Assembly: GCA_937950605.1 (NCBI GenBank)
Contig: CALFDA010000020.1
Location: 1-56,128 of the forward strand
Origin: an uncultured PS1 clade bacterium
GTDB lineage: Bacteria; Pseudomonadota; Gammaproteobacteria; PS1; Pseudothioglobaceae
Length of the DNA: 56,128 nt
Reading direction: 5' to 3'
In this document: piece after piece, positions 12,699 to 23,934 of the stretch
How the letters are laid out: each line of letters begins with the position of its first letter
Position numbering within the stretch: the first letter of the stretch is position 1
Position numbers and translations under genes: made by a program
The notes under the pieces: model-generated
What the model was told of the DNA's origin: nothing
Database searches by the model: none
What the model saw: the letters and a program-made list of their open reading frames with translations, nothing else

Positions 12699-13821
12699 AG
12701 TGAACTCCCAATAATTGCTGAAAATATTCAACGATTTTTACCACATGCGTTTTCGAAAAATCAAACTTAGTAAAATATTGGCGCAGATTTTTATGTTGAT
12801 TGAGAGCCTCTAAAATAAAATATTTTTTATATTTTATGAACAATTGATTGTCTATTAAAACATTACAATTGCCAAAATAATAAGGTACGTGATGAGAAAA
12901 CTGCTTGAAAACATCAATGTAAATATAGTATTCTAATTTATTTTTATCAATAATAATTGTATTGTTAGTGTGTTTATTAACAAATGTTCTATTTCTCTTT
13001 AATGCATTAATATCACGCATTGTCCAAAAAAACAAGTCGTCATGCTTAGGCTTTTGGGATTTACTTGGATACCTTTTAACATAATGAGATATATCATCAA
13101 ATTCATTTAACTGTAACGTGGTGTTTTTAACCAGCCAAGGAAAATCAATAACGCTCTCATAAGTTGTACCTATGCCATCTCTTTTATACAGGGCAATTAC
13201 AATTGGGAATTGCATGGACTTAGAAGACTCGCTAAAGCACGAACTGCTGATAATCCTCCCTTGCATTAACCGATAGTTGTCGGTGAAATTTTTTAGTAGC
13301 CTGAAATTAGCCTGTTTTATCAAATAAGACAAGGGGTGCAAAACACAAATGTAATCCGCCTTGAGTTGGTTATAAGAGAGTAAAAACGACATGCCCAAAT
13401 CACGAGTTTTAACGCTCTTATCAAGCGTCATATTAAATGTTTTAATATCGTTTCTAATTATAGAACTCTTGTCATTGTAGGGTGGGTTGCCAATCACACA
13501 CAGTTTTTCATCATTTTTGATGTTGTATTGTTGCCTGTTAATATTGCCTAGCGCGTTGTGATTAAACAGCATAGCATCAATGTTTTGTTTTGCTTTATTG
13601 ATTGCTGAAACGTCAATATCATTGCCTATTTTTTTGCACCTAGATGGATAATTTAGAAAATTACCATAACCACAAGAGCTATCGAGAACGATGGTTTCTT
13701 CATCAATATAAGGACTTAGCATATTCCATGCAATTTCGACATATTCATTCTTAGTATAATATGCGCCTAAATTAACCCTATCAGCATAATTAAGATGTTG
13801 TTGCTGGGATAAATGCGTCAT
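12688..13821 (-). CDS. N6-adenine DNA methyltransferase (gamma-class motif order), probable M.PabI-like cognate
   Basis: Motif X LGAYYT, motif [13 protein letters not shown] and motif IV IGNPPYN, in X-I-IV order; overlaps the nuoD stop and the restriction gene start. Confidence 0.9.
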   Translation of the reverse strand: MTHLSQQQHLNYADRVNLGAYYTKNEYVEIAWNMLSPYIDEETIVLDSSCGYGNFLNYPSRCKKIGNDIDVSAINKAKQNIDAMLFNHNALGNINRQQYNIKNDEKLCVIGNPPYNDKSSIIRNDIKTFNMTLDKSVKTRDLGMSFLLSYNQLKADYICVLHPLSYLIKQANFRLLKNFTDNYRLMQGRIISSSCFSESSKSMQFPIVIALYKRDGIGTTYESVIDFPWLVKNTTLQLNEFDDISHYVKRYPSKSQKPKHDDLFFWTMRDINALKRNRTFVNKHTNNTIIIDKNKLEYYIYIDVFKQFSHHVPYYFGNCNVLIDNQLFIKYKKYFILEALNQHKNLRQYFTKFDFSKTHVVKIVEYFQQLLGVHYVN

Positions 13822-15071
13822 CTATCTATCTCTCCAAAAACAATATCTTGCGTGCCGATGATGGTAACAACATCTGAGAGCATATGTCCTTTTGCCATCT
13901 CGTCCATAGATGCTAAATGTGCAAAACCAGGTGCACGTATTTTTACACGATAAGGCTTGTTGGCTCCATCAGATACTAAATAAACGCCAAACTCACCTTT
14001 AGGGTGCTCCACCGCCGAATAAACTTCACCTTCTGGCAAACTATAGCCCTCAGTAAATAATTTAAAATGATGAATGAGCGACTCCATATTGTTCTTCATA
14101 TCAGTACGCTTTGGTGGCGCAACTTTTTTATCTTCGCTCATGACCTGACCAGGATTGTCTTTTAGCCAATCAACACATTGCTTAATAATACGATTAGATT
14201 GGCGCATTTCTTCCAACCGCACCAAATAACGATCATAACTATCGCCAGTAACGCCTACTGGAATGTCGAACTTTAATTTGTCATAAACCGCATAAGGTTG
14301 ATTTTTTCTTAAATCCCATGCCACTCCAGAACCTCTAAGCATAGGACCAGTAAAACCCATTTGTTTTGCACGATTAGCAGAGACAATACCAATATTAACT
14401 AGACGTTGTTTCCAAATGCGATTGTCCGTTAATAAGTCATCATATTGCTTAATACTAGCGGGAAATTCTTTTGTAAAATTGTCAATGAAATCTAGTAATG
14501 AGCCCTGACGGTCTTGATTCATTGCCGCTAACTCTTGAGGTTTGCGAAAATTATTTGCAAGGTATCGTGGCATCTTTTCAGGCAAATCACGATACACCCC
14601 GCCTGGACGATAATAAGTTGCATGCATACGTGAACCTGATACTGCTTCGTAACAGTCAATGAGTTTCTCACGCTCACGAAAAGCATACAAGAAAACGCTC
14701 ATTGCCCCCACATCAAGCGCATGCGTACCTAGCCACATCAAATGATTGAGTAATCGTGTAATTTCATCAAACATCACCCGAATATATTTTGCTCGTTCAG
14801 GTACTTTAAGATTAAGCATTTTCTCAATAGCCAACACATAGGCATGTTCGTTACACATCATAGAAACATAGTCTAATCTATCCATATATCCAATAGACTG
14901 ATTATAGGGTTTAGACTCTGCTAATTTTTCAGTGCCACGATGAAGCAATCCAATATGCGGGTCGGCACGCTCAATCACCTCGCCATCAATCTCCAAAATA
15001 AGACGTAAAACGCCATGCGCCGCTGGATGTTGCGGACCAAAGTTAAGTGTGTAGTTACGAATTTCAGCCAT
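13818..15071 (-). CDS. nuoD: NADH-quinone oxidoreductase subunit D
   Basis: [21 protein letters not shown] and C-terminal FGEIDR; not fused to NuoC. Confidence 0.98.
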   Translation of the reverse strand: MAEIRNYTLNFGPQHPAAHGVLRLILEIDGEVIERADPHIGLLHRGTEKLAESKPYNQSIGYMDRLDYVSMMCNEHAYVLAIEKMLNLKVPERAKYIRVMFDEITRLLNHLMWLGTHALDVGAMSVFLYAFREREKLIDCYEAVSGSRMHATYYRPGGVYRDLPEKMPRYLANNFRKPQELAAMNQDRQGSLLDFIDNFTKEFPASIKQYDDLLTDNRIWKQRLVNIGIVSANRAKQMGFTGPMLRGSGVAWDLRKNQPYAVYDKLKFDIPVGVTGDSYDRYLVRLEEMRQSNRIIKQCVDWLKDNPGQVMSEDKKVAPPKRTDMKNNMESLIHHFKLFTEGYSLPEGEVYSAVEHPKGEFGVYLVSDGANKPYRVKIRAPGFAHLASMDEMAKGHMLSDVVTIIGTQDIVFGEIDR

Positions 15072-15087
15072 AATAAACGATAGTTAA

Positions 15088-15708
15088 TTATCTCCTAATT
15101 ACCTTAGGCACATTCACATTAGGTTCTATGCTAACTGGCTCGTAAACCACACGACCTAACTCATCATCATAGCGCATTTCAACCTCGCCAATTAAAGGGA
15201 AGTCCTTGCGTAGTGGATGTCCAACAAAACCATAATCGGTCAGGATACGACGCAAATCATTATGCCCTTCAAACAAAATACCAAACAAATCAAATGCCTC
15301 TCTTTCATACCAATTAGCGACTGTCCAAATGTCGGTTACTGATTTTATTATTGGCTGATTCTCACTTACATAAGCCTTAACTCTAAGTCGCTTATTATTG
15401 CTAACAGATAACAAATGATAAACCACCGCAAAACGCTGTTTATGTACATTTTTGTTGCCATATTGCCTTTCACGCGCTCTACCAAAACCCGAAGAACTAG
15501 CATCAACATCCCAGTCGGATTGCCCATAAGTTAAATAATCAACACCAGATAAGTCAATTAATGTGTCAAACGCAAAAGTATCTCTGAGCTGCAAACAAGT
15601 CGTAATAATATCGTTAGCATCAACGGTTAGCGTTAATTCACCAAATGCGTCTACAATGTTGTTTTTATCAAATGCTTCAATAAGTTGTGCTTTTAATTTT
15701 TGCATCAT
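15088..15708 (-). CDS. nuoC: NADH-quinone oxidoreductase subunit C
   Basis: [13 protein letters not shown] and [20 protein letters not shown] motifs. Confidence 0.97.
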   Translation of the reverse strand: MMQKLKAQLIEAFDKNNIVDAFGELTLTVDANDIITTCLQLRDTFAFDTLIDLSGVDYLTYGQSDWDVDASSSGFGRARERQYGNKNVHKQRFAVVYHLLSVSNNKRLRVKAYVSENQPIIKSVTDIWTVANWYEREAFDLFGILFEGHNDLRRILTDYGFVGHPLRKDFPLIGEVEMRYDDELGRVVYEPVSIEPNVNVPKVIRR

Positions 15709-16184
15709 GTTCTCGCAATCGTATTGGTACGATGGATTTTATCTTGTAATTGTAAAATGCCGTAAAGTAGAGCTTCTGCCGTTGGCGGGCAACCTGGCAC
15801 ATAAACATCAACTGGCACGATACGGTCACAGCCACGTACCACCGAATAAGAATAATGATAGTAACCACCGCCATTTGCACAGGAACCCATTGAAATTACC
15901 CATCTAGGCTCGGGCATTTGATCATAAACTTTTCTAAGTGCTGGTGCCATCTTATTGGTAAGCGTACCCGCAACAATCATCAAGTCAGATTGACGCGGCG
16001 TAGGTCTAAACACAATACCAAAGCGGTCAAGATCATAACGCGAAGACCCTGCCTCCATCATCTCTACTGCACAGCATGCCAAGCCAAAAGTCATCGGCCA
16101 CAACGAACCTGTTCTTGCCCAATTGATGACTTTGTCGAGCGATGTGGTTACAAACCCTTCTTTCATCAAGCCTTCAATTGCCAT
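15705..16184 (-). CDS. nuoB: NADH-quinone oxidoreductase subunit B
   Basis: [17 protein letters not shown] and VPGCPP motifs; start set at ATG 16184 (MAIEG). Confidence 0.97.
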   Translation of the reverse strand: MAIEGLMKEGFVTTSLDKVINWARTGSLWPMTFGLACCAVEMMEAGSSRYDLDRFGIVFRPTPRQSDLMIVAGTLTNKMAPALRKVYDQMPEPRWVISMGSCANGGGYYHYSYSVVRGCDRIVPVDVYVPGCPPTAEALLYGILQLQDKIHRTNTIART

Positions 16185-16246
16185 AATTACCCTTAAAAAA
16201 TAAGCGAGCATCTTTTTCTGTAGCAAAGCAAACAAAGCAGTGCGCC

Positions 16247-16255
16247 ATTCTACCA
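16247..16255 (-). promoter_or_regulatory. Candidate extended -10 promoter (TG-G-TAGAAT) in the nuoA-nuoB spacer
   Basis: Minus strand reads TGGTAGAATGGCGC, an extended -10 followed by GC-rich discriminator-like bases, in a 102-bp gap. Confidence 0.35.
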
Positions 16256-16286
16256 AATTGACTATACGATAAATCTGCAGGGTTTG

Positions 16287-16643
16287 TTATTCCCATTCTA
16301 GTGCTCCATTCTTCCACTCAAAGATAAAACCTACAACCAACAAAAATAAAAATATACTCATTCCAACAAAACCAAACCAACCTAATTCGGACTGTACAAC
16401 TGCCCAAGGAAATACGAAAGCGACTTCTAAGTCAAATAGGATAAATAAAATAGCAACAAGATAGTAGCGCACATTGAAATGCATGCGCGAATCGTCAAAA
16501 ACGGGAAATCCACATTCAAACTGAGAATTTTTTTCTGCATCTGGCTTGCTTGGACCTAATAGATAACCGATTAACATTGGTCCAACGCCGAATGCAATCC
16601 CTAAAACAATAAAAACCACAACTGGTAAATAATTCTCTAACAT
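16287..16643 (-). CDS. nuoA: NADH-quinone oxidoreductase subunit A
   Basis: [23 protein letters not shown] and C-terminal GALEWE. Confidence 0.97.
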   Translation of the reverse strand: MLENYLPVVVFIVLGIAFGVGPMLIGYLLGPSKPDAEKNSQFECGFPVFDDSRMHFNVRYYLVAILFILFDLEVAFVFPWAVVQSELGWFGFVGMSIFLFLLVVGFIFEWKNGALEWE

Positions 16644-17068
16644 GCTATTTATTGTTGAACTTCAAAATCAAGGATTATATCTAATTTTGTTAGTCTTTAG
16701 TTAGATATACACCTCAAATAAATCACTCTGCTAACTTGTTGCTGGTCTCCTTACAAGATATCAACACCAAATCTACATATTGTTTTTACTAACTCTGACA
16801 GAAGTGCAAGCCCTTGTTCGCTAATAATACCTGATAAAACTGCCAAATGGATTCAAATAAATTACTTAATCGCTAGTGGCGCGGATTTTGTTGGTTAAGT
16901 CTTTAATAAATAAAACACAATATTATTCAATGTTGATAAACTAATCTACACAGACAATTGAGCATCACAATAGACGCACATTTATACAAATGGATAAAAT
17001 CAATTTACAATGTGGTGCTTAAGTGTAATAAATAACAAACTACATTTGTGGGGTTAAAATAGAGTTCT

Positions 17069-18142
17069 ATGAATTTCTCTCAAACGCTTTTTGCACTTAA
17101 ACAACAACATCTTTACCGCTCGGCTAAGGTGGTGGACAGTGGTTGCGTAAATTTTTGCTCAAATGATTATTTAGGTTTAAAAAATCATTCACAAGTGATT
17201 AAAGCATTTAAAGAGGGTGCAGATGAATTTGGTGTGGGTTCTGGTGCTGCTCATTTAGTGAGTGGTCATTCAAAAGCACATCAGGCATTAGAAGAGGCTT
17301 TAGCCAAATACACAAAGCAACAGCGCGTCTTATTATTTTCAAGTGGTTATAGTGCAAATCTCGGGGTGTTTTCTGCGCTTAAAAGCAAATTAGATTGGGT
17401 AGTGCAAGACAAACTCAATCACGCCTCGTTAATTGATGCTAATCAGCTGATTGGTTTGCCTGTACAACGTTATCTGCATAATGATACCAACTCACTCAAG
17501 AAAAAAATACAAAAACAGACTGGGCAAGGCTTGGTTGTAACTGATAGTATTTTTAGCATGGACGGTGATAGTGCCAATATTGACCAACTCAGCACAATCG
17601 CTAAACACTCCAATGCTTGGTTTATGCAAGACGATGCACACGGTTTTGGCATGAAAACACCTCATATTCCAAGTCATTCTATTTATATGGCAACATTAGG
17701 CAAGGCAGCAGGCACAATGGGTGCATTTGTTGCAGGTGATGAAGAGTTTATTGAATTTTTGATTCAAAAGTCACGCCCCTATATTTATACCACTGCTATT
17801 GCGCCTGCCTTGTGTATGGCAGCGTTAAAAAGTTTAGAGCTTATTCAACAAGGCACACAACAACAAAAATTGCGCGCTAACATTGATTACTTCTACATCT
17901 TTTCTCAAACTCTAGGGCTGCCTATTGCACATTCTAAAAGTGCGATTCAACCTTTGATCGTTGGTAATAATGAAAAAGCGTTGATGATAAGCAAAACTCT
18001 ACTCAAACAAGGTTTTTTTGTCAAAGCTATTCGTAGCCCCACCGTGCCACAAGGCACCGAGCGTTTGCGCATAACCCTTAGCGCTAATCATACAAAAACA
18101 CAAATAGCGCAATTATTAACACAAATTAAAAATGCTTTATAG
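17069..18142 (+). CDS. bioF: 8-amino-7-oxononanoate synthase
   Basis: NFCSNDYLGL, DKLNHASL, DDAHG, PLP lysine TLGKA, RLRITLSA. Confidence 0.95.
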   Translation: MNFSQTLFALKQQHLYRSAKVVDSGCVNFCSNDYLGLKNHSQVIKAFKEGADEFGVGSGAAHLVSGHSKAHQALEEALAKYTKQQRVLLFSSGYSANLGVFSALKSKLDWVVQDKLNHASLIDANQLIGLPVQRYLHNDTNSLKKKIQKQTGQGLVVTDSIFSMDGDSANIDQLSTIAKHSNAWFMQDDAHGFGMKTPHIPSHSIYMATLGKAAGTMGAFVAGDEEFIEFLIQKSRPYIYTTAIAPALCMAALKSLELIQQGTQQQKLRANIDYFYIFSQTLGLPIAHSKSAIQPLIVGNNEKALMISKTLLKQGFFVKAIRSPTVPQGTERLRITLSANHTKTQIAQLLTQIKNAL

Positions 18143-18830
18143 TAGAACAATCGGTGTCGGTGATAACTTAGTACTGCTTCACGGCTGGGCGTTAAGTGGC
18201 GATTGTTTCAAAAACTTAGTTAGACAATATAAAACACGATATCGCATCACTATAATTGATTTACCAGGGCATGGTAGAAGTGATGTTGTTGCAGGCGGAA
18301 TTGATGAGTGGTGTGCAGAAATTATTCAACAACTACCAAAAAAACCAACCTTATTAGGCTGGTCGTTAGGCGGATTATTAGCTATTAACATTGCACAACA
18401 AATCAAGTTATCTAAACTTATTTTATTAGCTGCTACCCCTAAATTTGTCAATAACAGCAATTGGAATTATGGCGTTGATGCGATGAATTTTCAAATGTTT
18501 TCAAATGTTTTGGAATCAAACTTATCGCAAGGATTAAAACGTTTTATCAACTTGCAAACCAGCCACAAAGAGCAAATTAAATCGCTTTATCAGGCTATTG
18601 ATGAACTGCCTGCAAATCCTCAGGCATTAAATCAAGGCTTAGACATTTTACTTAACTCTGACTTACGACAACAACTCAAGCAACTAAACGTGCCCGTGCA
18701 TGTTATTTTAGGCAATCTTGATCTCTTAGTGCCAGTTAGCATCGTTGAGTGGTATATGGCACAAAACATACCAACCACTGTATTAGATACGGGACACCTG
18801 CCTTTTTTGCATAAGAATTTTTCAATATAA
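18132..18830 (+). CDS. bioH: Pimeloyl-ACP methyl ester carboxylesterase
   Basis: Alpha/beta hydrolase; LVLLHGW, DLPGHG, GWSLGG and GHLPF motifs; overlaps bioF. Confidence 0.9.
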   Translation: MLYSRTIGVGDNLVLLHGWALSGDCFKNLVRQYKTRYRITIIDLPGHGRSDVVAGGIDEWCAEIIQQLPKKPTLLGWSLGGLLAINIAQQIKLSKLILLAATPKFVNNSNWNYGVDAMNFQMFSNVLESNLSQGLKRFINLQTSHKEQIKSLYQAIDELPANPQALNQGLDILLNSDLRQQLKQLNVPVHVILGNLDLLVPVSIVEWYMAQNIPTTVLDTGHLPFLHKNFSI

Positions 18831-18853
18831 ACTCGAGGTTAAAGCAAAACGGG

Positions 18854-18879
18854 CAAGCATTTATTTTGCTTGATTTTTT
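18854..18879 (+). terminator. Weak candidate intrinsic terminator after bioH
   Basis: CAAGCA-7 nt loop-TGCTTG followed by ATTTTTT. Confidence 0.3.
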
Positions 18880-19019
18880 AACTAAAGCACTAACTAACTT
18901 TTTGGCTAACTTCTTGTGTTTGCTTGGATTTTAAAAAAATAAAAAATCTGCGTAAAAATTAACCAGCGGTTTGAAAAAATTATTATATATAGTTTGATTA
19001 AACCAAATCTGCTAGCACT

Positions 19020-19706
19020 TTAATAATTATTATGCTGTATTAAATCAGGGCGTTTTTTATGCGTGTTTTTCTGTGCTTGACTCGCACGCCAAGCATCAAT
19101 TTTCGCTTGATGTCCACTGAGTAGAACCTCGGGCACACGCTGTCCATCAATAACTTTTGGGCGCGTGTAATGCGGATAATCCAATAACCCATTAGCGAAT
19201 GAATCACTCAATGAATCTTGATTGCCTAATACTCCTGAAATTTGTCGACTTACAGCGTCAATTAGCACCATTGCACCAAGTTCGCCACCACTAATTACAT
19301 AATCACCAAGTGAGATTTCTCTATCTACATCATGCTCGATAACACGCTCATCTACACCTTCATAACGCCCGCACAACAAAATCAATGATTCAAATCTAGA
19401 CAACTCAACGGCTAATTGATGGTTGAGTTTTTCCCCTTGGGGCGATAGATAAATAACGGTTGCATCTGGGGTTGTTTGTTTGATTTTAGCAATACAATCA
19501 CGAATAGGCTTAACTTGCATAACCATGCCTGCACCACCGCCATATGGCGCATCATCAATATTGCGATACTTATTGTCACTAAAGTCGCGCAATTGCCAAG
19601 TATTGATTGACAACAGGGATTTTTTAATCCCACGGGCAAGCACGCCCTCTTCTTGAATCGCCGAAAACATTTCGGGAAATAGGGTAATTACGTCAAAATG
19701 CATCAT
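19020..19706 (-). CDS. trmD: tRNA (guanine37-N1)-methyltransferase
   Basis: DDAPYGGGAGMV, YLSPQG, CGRYEGVDER and LDYPHYTRP motifs. Confidence 0.97.
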   Translation of the reverse strand: MMHFDVITLFPEMFSAIQEEGVLARGIKKSLLSINTWQLRDFSDNKYRNIDDAPYGGGAGMVMQVKPIRDCIAKIKQTTPDATVIYLSPQGEKLNHQLAVELSRFESLILLCGRYEGVDERVIEHDVDREISLGDYVISGGELGAMVLIDAVSRQISGVLGNQDSLSDSFANGLLDYPHYTRPKVIDGQRVPEVLLSGHQAKIDAWRASQAQKNTHKKRPDLIQHNNY

Positions 19707-19709
19707 CTC

Positions 19710-20840
19710 TTAAAGCAAGATGTTTTTTAAAATTTGATAATAGATAATGCTTAAGTTTTCTAGGTCTTGAATATTGACACACTCATCAACCTGATGAATA
19801 GTAGCGTTTAATGGACCTAATTCTATAACTTGTGCGGCTAATATTGGCGCAATAAATCGCCCATCAGAAGTGCCGCCCGAAGTCGATAACTTAGACTCAA
19901 AACCTTGAGTGGTTTTAATAGCTTCTATACAAGCGTTTACTAAATCACCCTTTGGAGTTAAAAACGGATAGCCCGAATGCTCCCAATCAATACCATATTT
20001 AAGATTATGTTTATCTAAAATCGCCAACACCCTTTGCTGTAAATCTTTGTGGCTAGATTTATTAGAATATCTGAAATTAAACATAATTTCTGCTGTATCG
20101 GGAATAACATTTGTGGCACCTGTACCAGCATTAATATTGGACACTTGAAAACTAGTTTGCGGGAAATATTCATTACCCCTATCCCAAGTAGTGTTACACA
20201 ATTCATCTAATGCGCTTATGGCTAAATGGATTGGATTGTTAGCCAAATGTGGATAGGCAATATGTCCTTGCTTACCAATCAATGTTAATTTAGCATTAAG
20301 CGAACCACGCCGACCATTTTTAATTACATCGCCTAATTTTTTGTTTGAAGATGGTTCGCCCACTATGCAATAATCTACTCTTTGATTTTGTGCTTTTAAG
20401 TATTTACAAACTTTAACCGTGCCATCGGTGGCAATCCCTTCTTCATCTGCAGTAATTAAAAAACCAATATTACCTTTATGTGCTGGAAAATCTGCAATAA
20501 AACGCTCGGTTGCAGTTATCATTGCTGCTAGTGAACCTTTCATATCTGCTGCACCACGACCATACAACATACCGTCAATTACCTCTGGTTTGAACGGGTC
20601 GGTTTTCCAATTGCCACCAACAGGCACTACATCAGTATGTCCTGCAAAAACAAACACTGGAGCAATATCATTGCCACGTATCGCCCAAAAATTATCTACC
20701 TCGCCAAACTTTAAATTGTTAATTTCAAACCCAATTTTTTTTAATCGGTTTGTCATTAATGTTTGGCAACCTTTGTCATTAGGCGTTATCGAATCAATAG
20801 CAATTAAATCTTTAGCAAGTTGTAGTGTTGGGCTGGTCAT
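19710..20840 (-). CDS. dapE: Succinyl-diaminopimelate desuccinylase
   Basis: [38 protein letters not shown] and TIHQVDE motifs. Confidence 0.96.
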   Translation of the reverse strand: MTSPTLQLAKDLIAIDSITPNDKGCQTLMTNRLKKIGFEINNLKFGEVDNFWAIRGNDIAPVFVFAGHTDVVPVGGNWKTDPFKPEVIDGMLYGRGAADMKGSLAAMITATERFIADFPAHKGNIGFLITADEEGIATDGTVKVCKYLKAQNQRVDYCIVGEPSSNKKLGDVIKNGRRGSLNAKLTLIGKQGHIAYPHLANNPIHLAISALDELCNTTWDRGNEYFPQTSFQVSNINAGTGATNVIPDTAEIMFNFRYSNKSSHKDLQQRVLAILDKHNLKYGIDWEHSGYPFLTPKGDLVNACIEAIKTTQGFESKLSTSGGTSDGRFIAPILAAQVIELGPLNATIHQVDECVNIQDLENLSIIYYQILKNILL

Positions 20841-22015
20841 AGTTTTAATTTTATTGTTGGGTTATCTTTTATATCAATGGGCTGACTAACAACTTCGATA
20901 TCGTCTGCTTGTCGCATGGCAGCACCCGATTGACTCAAACGCGCTACTGCTAATACTTTTGAAGATTGTGATAATGTTTTGCTTGGCATTGTAGAATGCT
21001 CATCTGTTAATATCACCACGCCTTCAAAATCTTTAAGTTTCATCTTTTGAATAGCAATTGGCATCGATCTGCCTTGTGTGGCTTTCACATAAACCATCAA
21101 ATAATGATTTTGATATTGTGCCTGACGCAAACGCTCGGATAATGTAATTTCAACTTTCACTTGGTACTTTTGCTTTACTTCATCTGTAGTTAAGGCGTTA
21201 ACAGAAGTTTGAATTTGTGATAATTCGGCTAATCTGCGCTGTAATTGTGCTTTTTCTATGCTGCCTGATGGCAATACAGAAAGTGTTTTCTGCCATAATT
21301 TTTGTGCCAAATCAAACTGTTGTGCATTTACAGCGATCCAGCCCGCTAAATGCAAGGCATCAGGTGAATTTGCATCAATCTCCAAAGCCTCGCGTACTAA
21401 ATCAGAAACACGTCCTGTAAACTGATAACCTTGTGTAATAGCCAAAGTCGAAGCATACTCAACTAGAAGTCCTACATTTTTTTTATCCAATTGATAGGCG
21501 CGTTCATAGGCCGCTAAAGAGTGTTTGTTTTCGCCAGCCTTAAACCACGCCAAGCCCAACATTCGCCACGCTTTTTTGTCATCAGGTTGCTCTGTTACGC
21601 GACGCTTGATTTTTGCAATACTTTCTTCTAGTGTTAGAGATTTATGTGTGTGTGCAATAATACTATGCGAACTCAATGCCTGATACATCAACACAGAGAT
21701 TACACAAAAAAATACTGCGATTAATACAGCCAAACCAATTGTAGTATTTTGCTGATTATTATTGATGACTCTGTTAGTTTGCGTGATTTCAACACTCAAG
21801 GTTTGCGCAATTTCGTCTTTTGCTTGTTCAAATATTTGTTTATCGATTAAATCACTTTGTAAATCTTGTTCTAACTCTGCTTGTTTTTGTTTGCCTAATG
21901 CAATATTAGATTTTTCAAGATTAAGATTGTTAGTTTGTAGTGGACGATACAAAAACCAAACCAGCCACAACACAGAAACCGCTAACATAAGTGCAAACCA
22001 TAGATATAAACTCAT
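20837..22015 (-). CDS. ccmI: Cytochrome c-type biogenesis protein CcmI/CycH
   Basis: Two N-terminal TM segments with a charged linker, TPR region (AWRMLG, AYERAY) and C-terminal MPIAI..ARLSQSG domain; directly follows ccmF. Confidence 0.85.
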   Translation of the reverse strand: MSLYLWFALMLAVSVLWLVWFLYRPLQTNNLNLEKSNIALGKQKQAELEQDLQSDLIDKQIFEQAKDEIAQTLSVEITQTNRVINNNQQNTTIGLAVLIAVFFCVISVLMYQALSSHSIIAHTHKSLTLEESIAKIKRRVTEQPDDKKAWRMLGLAWFKAGENKHSLAAYERAYQLDKKNVGLLVEYASTLAITQGYQFTGRVSDLVREALEIDANSPDALHLAGWIAVNAQQFDLAQKLWQKTLSVLPSGSIEKAQLQRRLAELSQIQTSVNALTTDEVKQKYQVKVEITLSERLRQAQYQNHYLMVYVKATQGRSMPIAIQKMKLKDFEGVVILTDEHSTMPSKTLSQSSKVLAVARLSQSGAAMRQADDIEVVSQPIDIKDNPTIKLKL

Positions 22016-23916
22016 CGTTTTATCCTCAAGCGATATCTTTTATCAAATGCCGCTAACAAGGCACCTAGTGTAATCAAAATACCGCCCAGCCAAATCCATC
22101 GAACAAATGGTTTATAATACAATCTTAAACTCCATGCGCCATTGCTTAAATCCTCGCCTAAAGCGACATAAATATCTCGATAAAACGATGGGTCAATCGC
22201 TGCTTCAGTCATTGGCATACCTGTTGTATATTGACGTTTTTCGGGTCTTAAAGTAGCGATCTTATTACCTTGATGCACAACTTCAAGCGTCCCTCTGTGT
22301 CCTGCATAATTTGCGCCTATCAAACTTTCAACACCTCTAAAGGTAAAAGCATAATCTTTAATTTCCACTGTCTCATTTGGTGTCATCTTAATGTCTTTTT
22401 CCACTCCATATTGTGTGGTAATCGTTGCCCCTAGCAAAAACACAGCAATGCCAATATGTGCCAACACCATGCCTAAAAAAGCACCACTCATTTTGCTTTT
22501 CTTTATTACTCTTTGTGCTAACAACAATAATGAATGCAGCAATACCCAAACAAACAAAAACACTGCCAACACCACTGCAACATTGTCCACCAACAAATAA
22601 GTAATCAACGCTACCGTTATAGCCACAAATGCAGTGTGCATCGTAGCATCAACCAACCTTGTTGCTTGGTCTTTTTTCCAGCGCAAAAATCCACCAATTG
22701 CCATCACCAAAACTGCTATTACCATAATCGGAATAAACACCGCGTCAAAATAAGGTGCGCCTACTGATATTTTGCCCAAATTTAGTGAATCCAAAAACAA
22801 TGGATACAAAGTACCCAAAAATACACTTAATGTCGCTGCTACCAATAAAACATTATTGATTAGCAAACCACTCTCTCTGGATAATGGCGAAAATTGATTA
22901 CTACTGTGCATTAAATTAGCACGCCATATATATAAGGCTAACGAACCACCTACCACAATCATTAAAAAGATTAGAATAAACAAACCTCTTGCAGGATCAC
23001 TGGCAAATGAATGTATTGAGGTTAAAATACCTGAACGCACCAAGAAAGTTCCTAATAGACTCAGAGAAAAGCCCGAAATTGCCAACAATACCGTCCAATG
23101 TTTAAATGCCCCACGTTTTTCACTAACACTAAGTGAATGCACCAAGGTTGTTGCCACTAACCACGGCATAAATGAAGCATTTTCTACTGGATCCCAAAAC
23201 CACCAACCACCCCAACCAAGTTCATAATAAGCCCACCAAGAACCCAACACAATGCCAAAAGTTAAAAATGCCCAAGCCACCAAAGCCCACGGGCGCGACC
23301 ATCTTAGCCAAGTGGAATCCAATTGCCCACGAATTAGCGACGACAACACGAAAGCAAAAGGGATAGCCATACCTACATAGCCCATATACAACATCGGCGG
23401 GTGAATAATTAAGCCAAAATCCTGTAACAAAGGATTAAGTTCGCGCCCTTGTGTCGGCACAATGTCCAAACGCTCAAAAGGGTTGGAAGTTAGCAACAAA
23501 AATAACAAAAAGCCAATGCTTATCAAACCCAACATAATCAAAACATGGTTTAAAACTTCGCTAGGTAGACGCTTGGAAAAAACAGAGACTGCCAGCGTCC
23601 AAGCTGATAATATCAACGCCCATAACAACAAAGAGCCCTCGTGCGCACCCCAAACAGCAGACACCTTAAACATATCAGGCAAATTTGTATTTGAATTACT
23701 AGCAACATATTTCACCGAAAAATCATCTAGCAAAAATGCATTCATTAACAGCGCAAATGACACCGCTATCCAAAAAAACTGCATCCATGCCAAAGGCTTG
23801 GTAAGTTGTATTAAAACCAGTGACCCACGCCACATCCCTACACTTGGCAACAGCACCTGTAAAACAGCCACCATTAGAGAAAGGATTAAAGCAAAATGTC
23901 CGATTTCGGGTAACAA
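22012..23916 (-). CDS. ccmF: Heme lyase CcmF
   Basis: WGAHEGSLL, HPPMLYMGY, WAYYELGWGGWWFWDPVENAS (WWD domain) and HSFA; TTG start. Confidence 0.97.
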   Translation of the reverse strand: MLPEIGHFALILSLMVAVLQVLLPSVGMWRGSLVLIQLTKPLAWMQFFWIAVSFALLMNAFLLDDFSVKYVASNSNTNLPDMFKVSAVWGAHEGSLLLWALILSAWTLAVSVFSKRLPSEVLNHVLIMLGLISIGFLLFLLLTSNPFERLDIVPTQGRELNPLLQDFGLIIHPPMLYMGYVGMAIPFAFVLSSLIRGQLDSTWLRWSRPWALVAWAFLTFGIVLGSWWAYYELGWGGWWFWDPVENASFMPWLVATTLVHSLSVSEKRGAFKHWTVLLAISGFSLSLLGTFLVRSGILTSIHSFASDPARGLFILIFLMIVVGGSLALYIWRANLMHSSNQFSPLSRESGLLINNVLLVAATLSVFLGTLYPLFLDSLNLGKISVGAPYFDAVFIPIMVIAVLVMAIGGFLRWKKDQATRLVDATMHTAFVAITVALITYLLVDNVAVVLAVFLFVWVLLHSLLLLAQRVIKKSKMSGAFLGMVLAHIGIAVFLLGATITTQYGVEKDIKMTPNETVEIKDYAFTFRGVESLIGANYAGHRGTLEVVHQGNKIATLRPEKRQYTTGMPMTEAAIDPSFYRDIYVALGEDLSNGAWSLRLYYKPFVRWIWLGGILITLGALLAAFDKRYRLRIKR

Positions 23917-23934
23917 TTTAGAAAGTCCTCACTA

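Larger units (their letters stand above)
11904..13821 (-). mobile_element. Inserted two-gene restriction-modification cassette interrupting the nuo operon
   Basis: Lies between nuoD and nuoE, which are normally adjacent; ATGA at both junctions (13818-13821 and 11904-11907); visibly more AT-rich than flanking nuo genes; no transposase or integrase. Confidence 0.75.
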
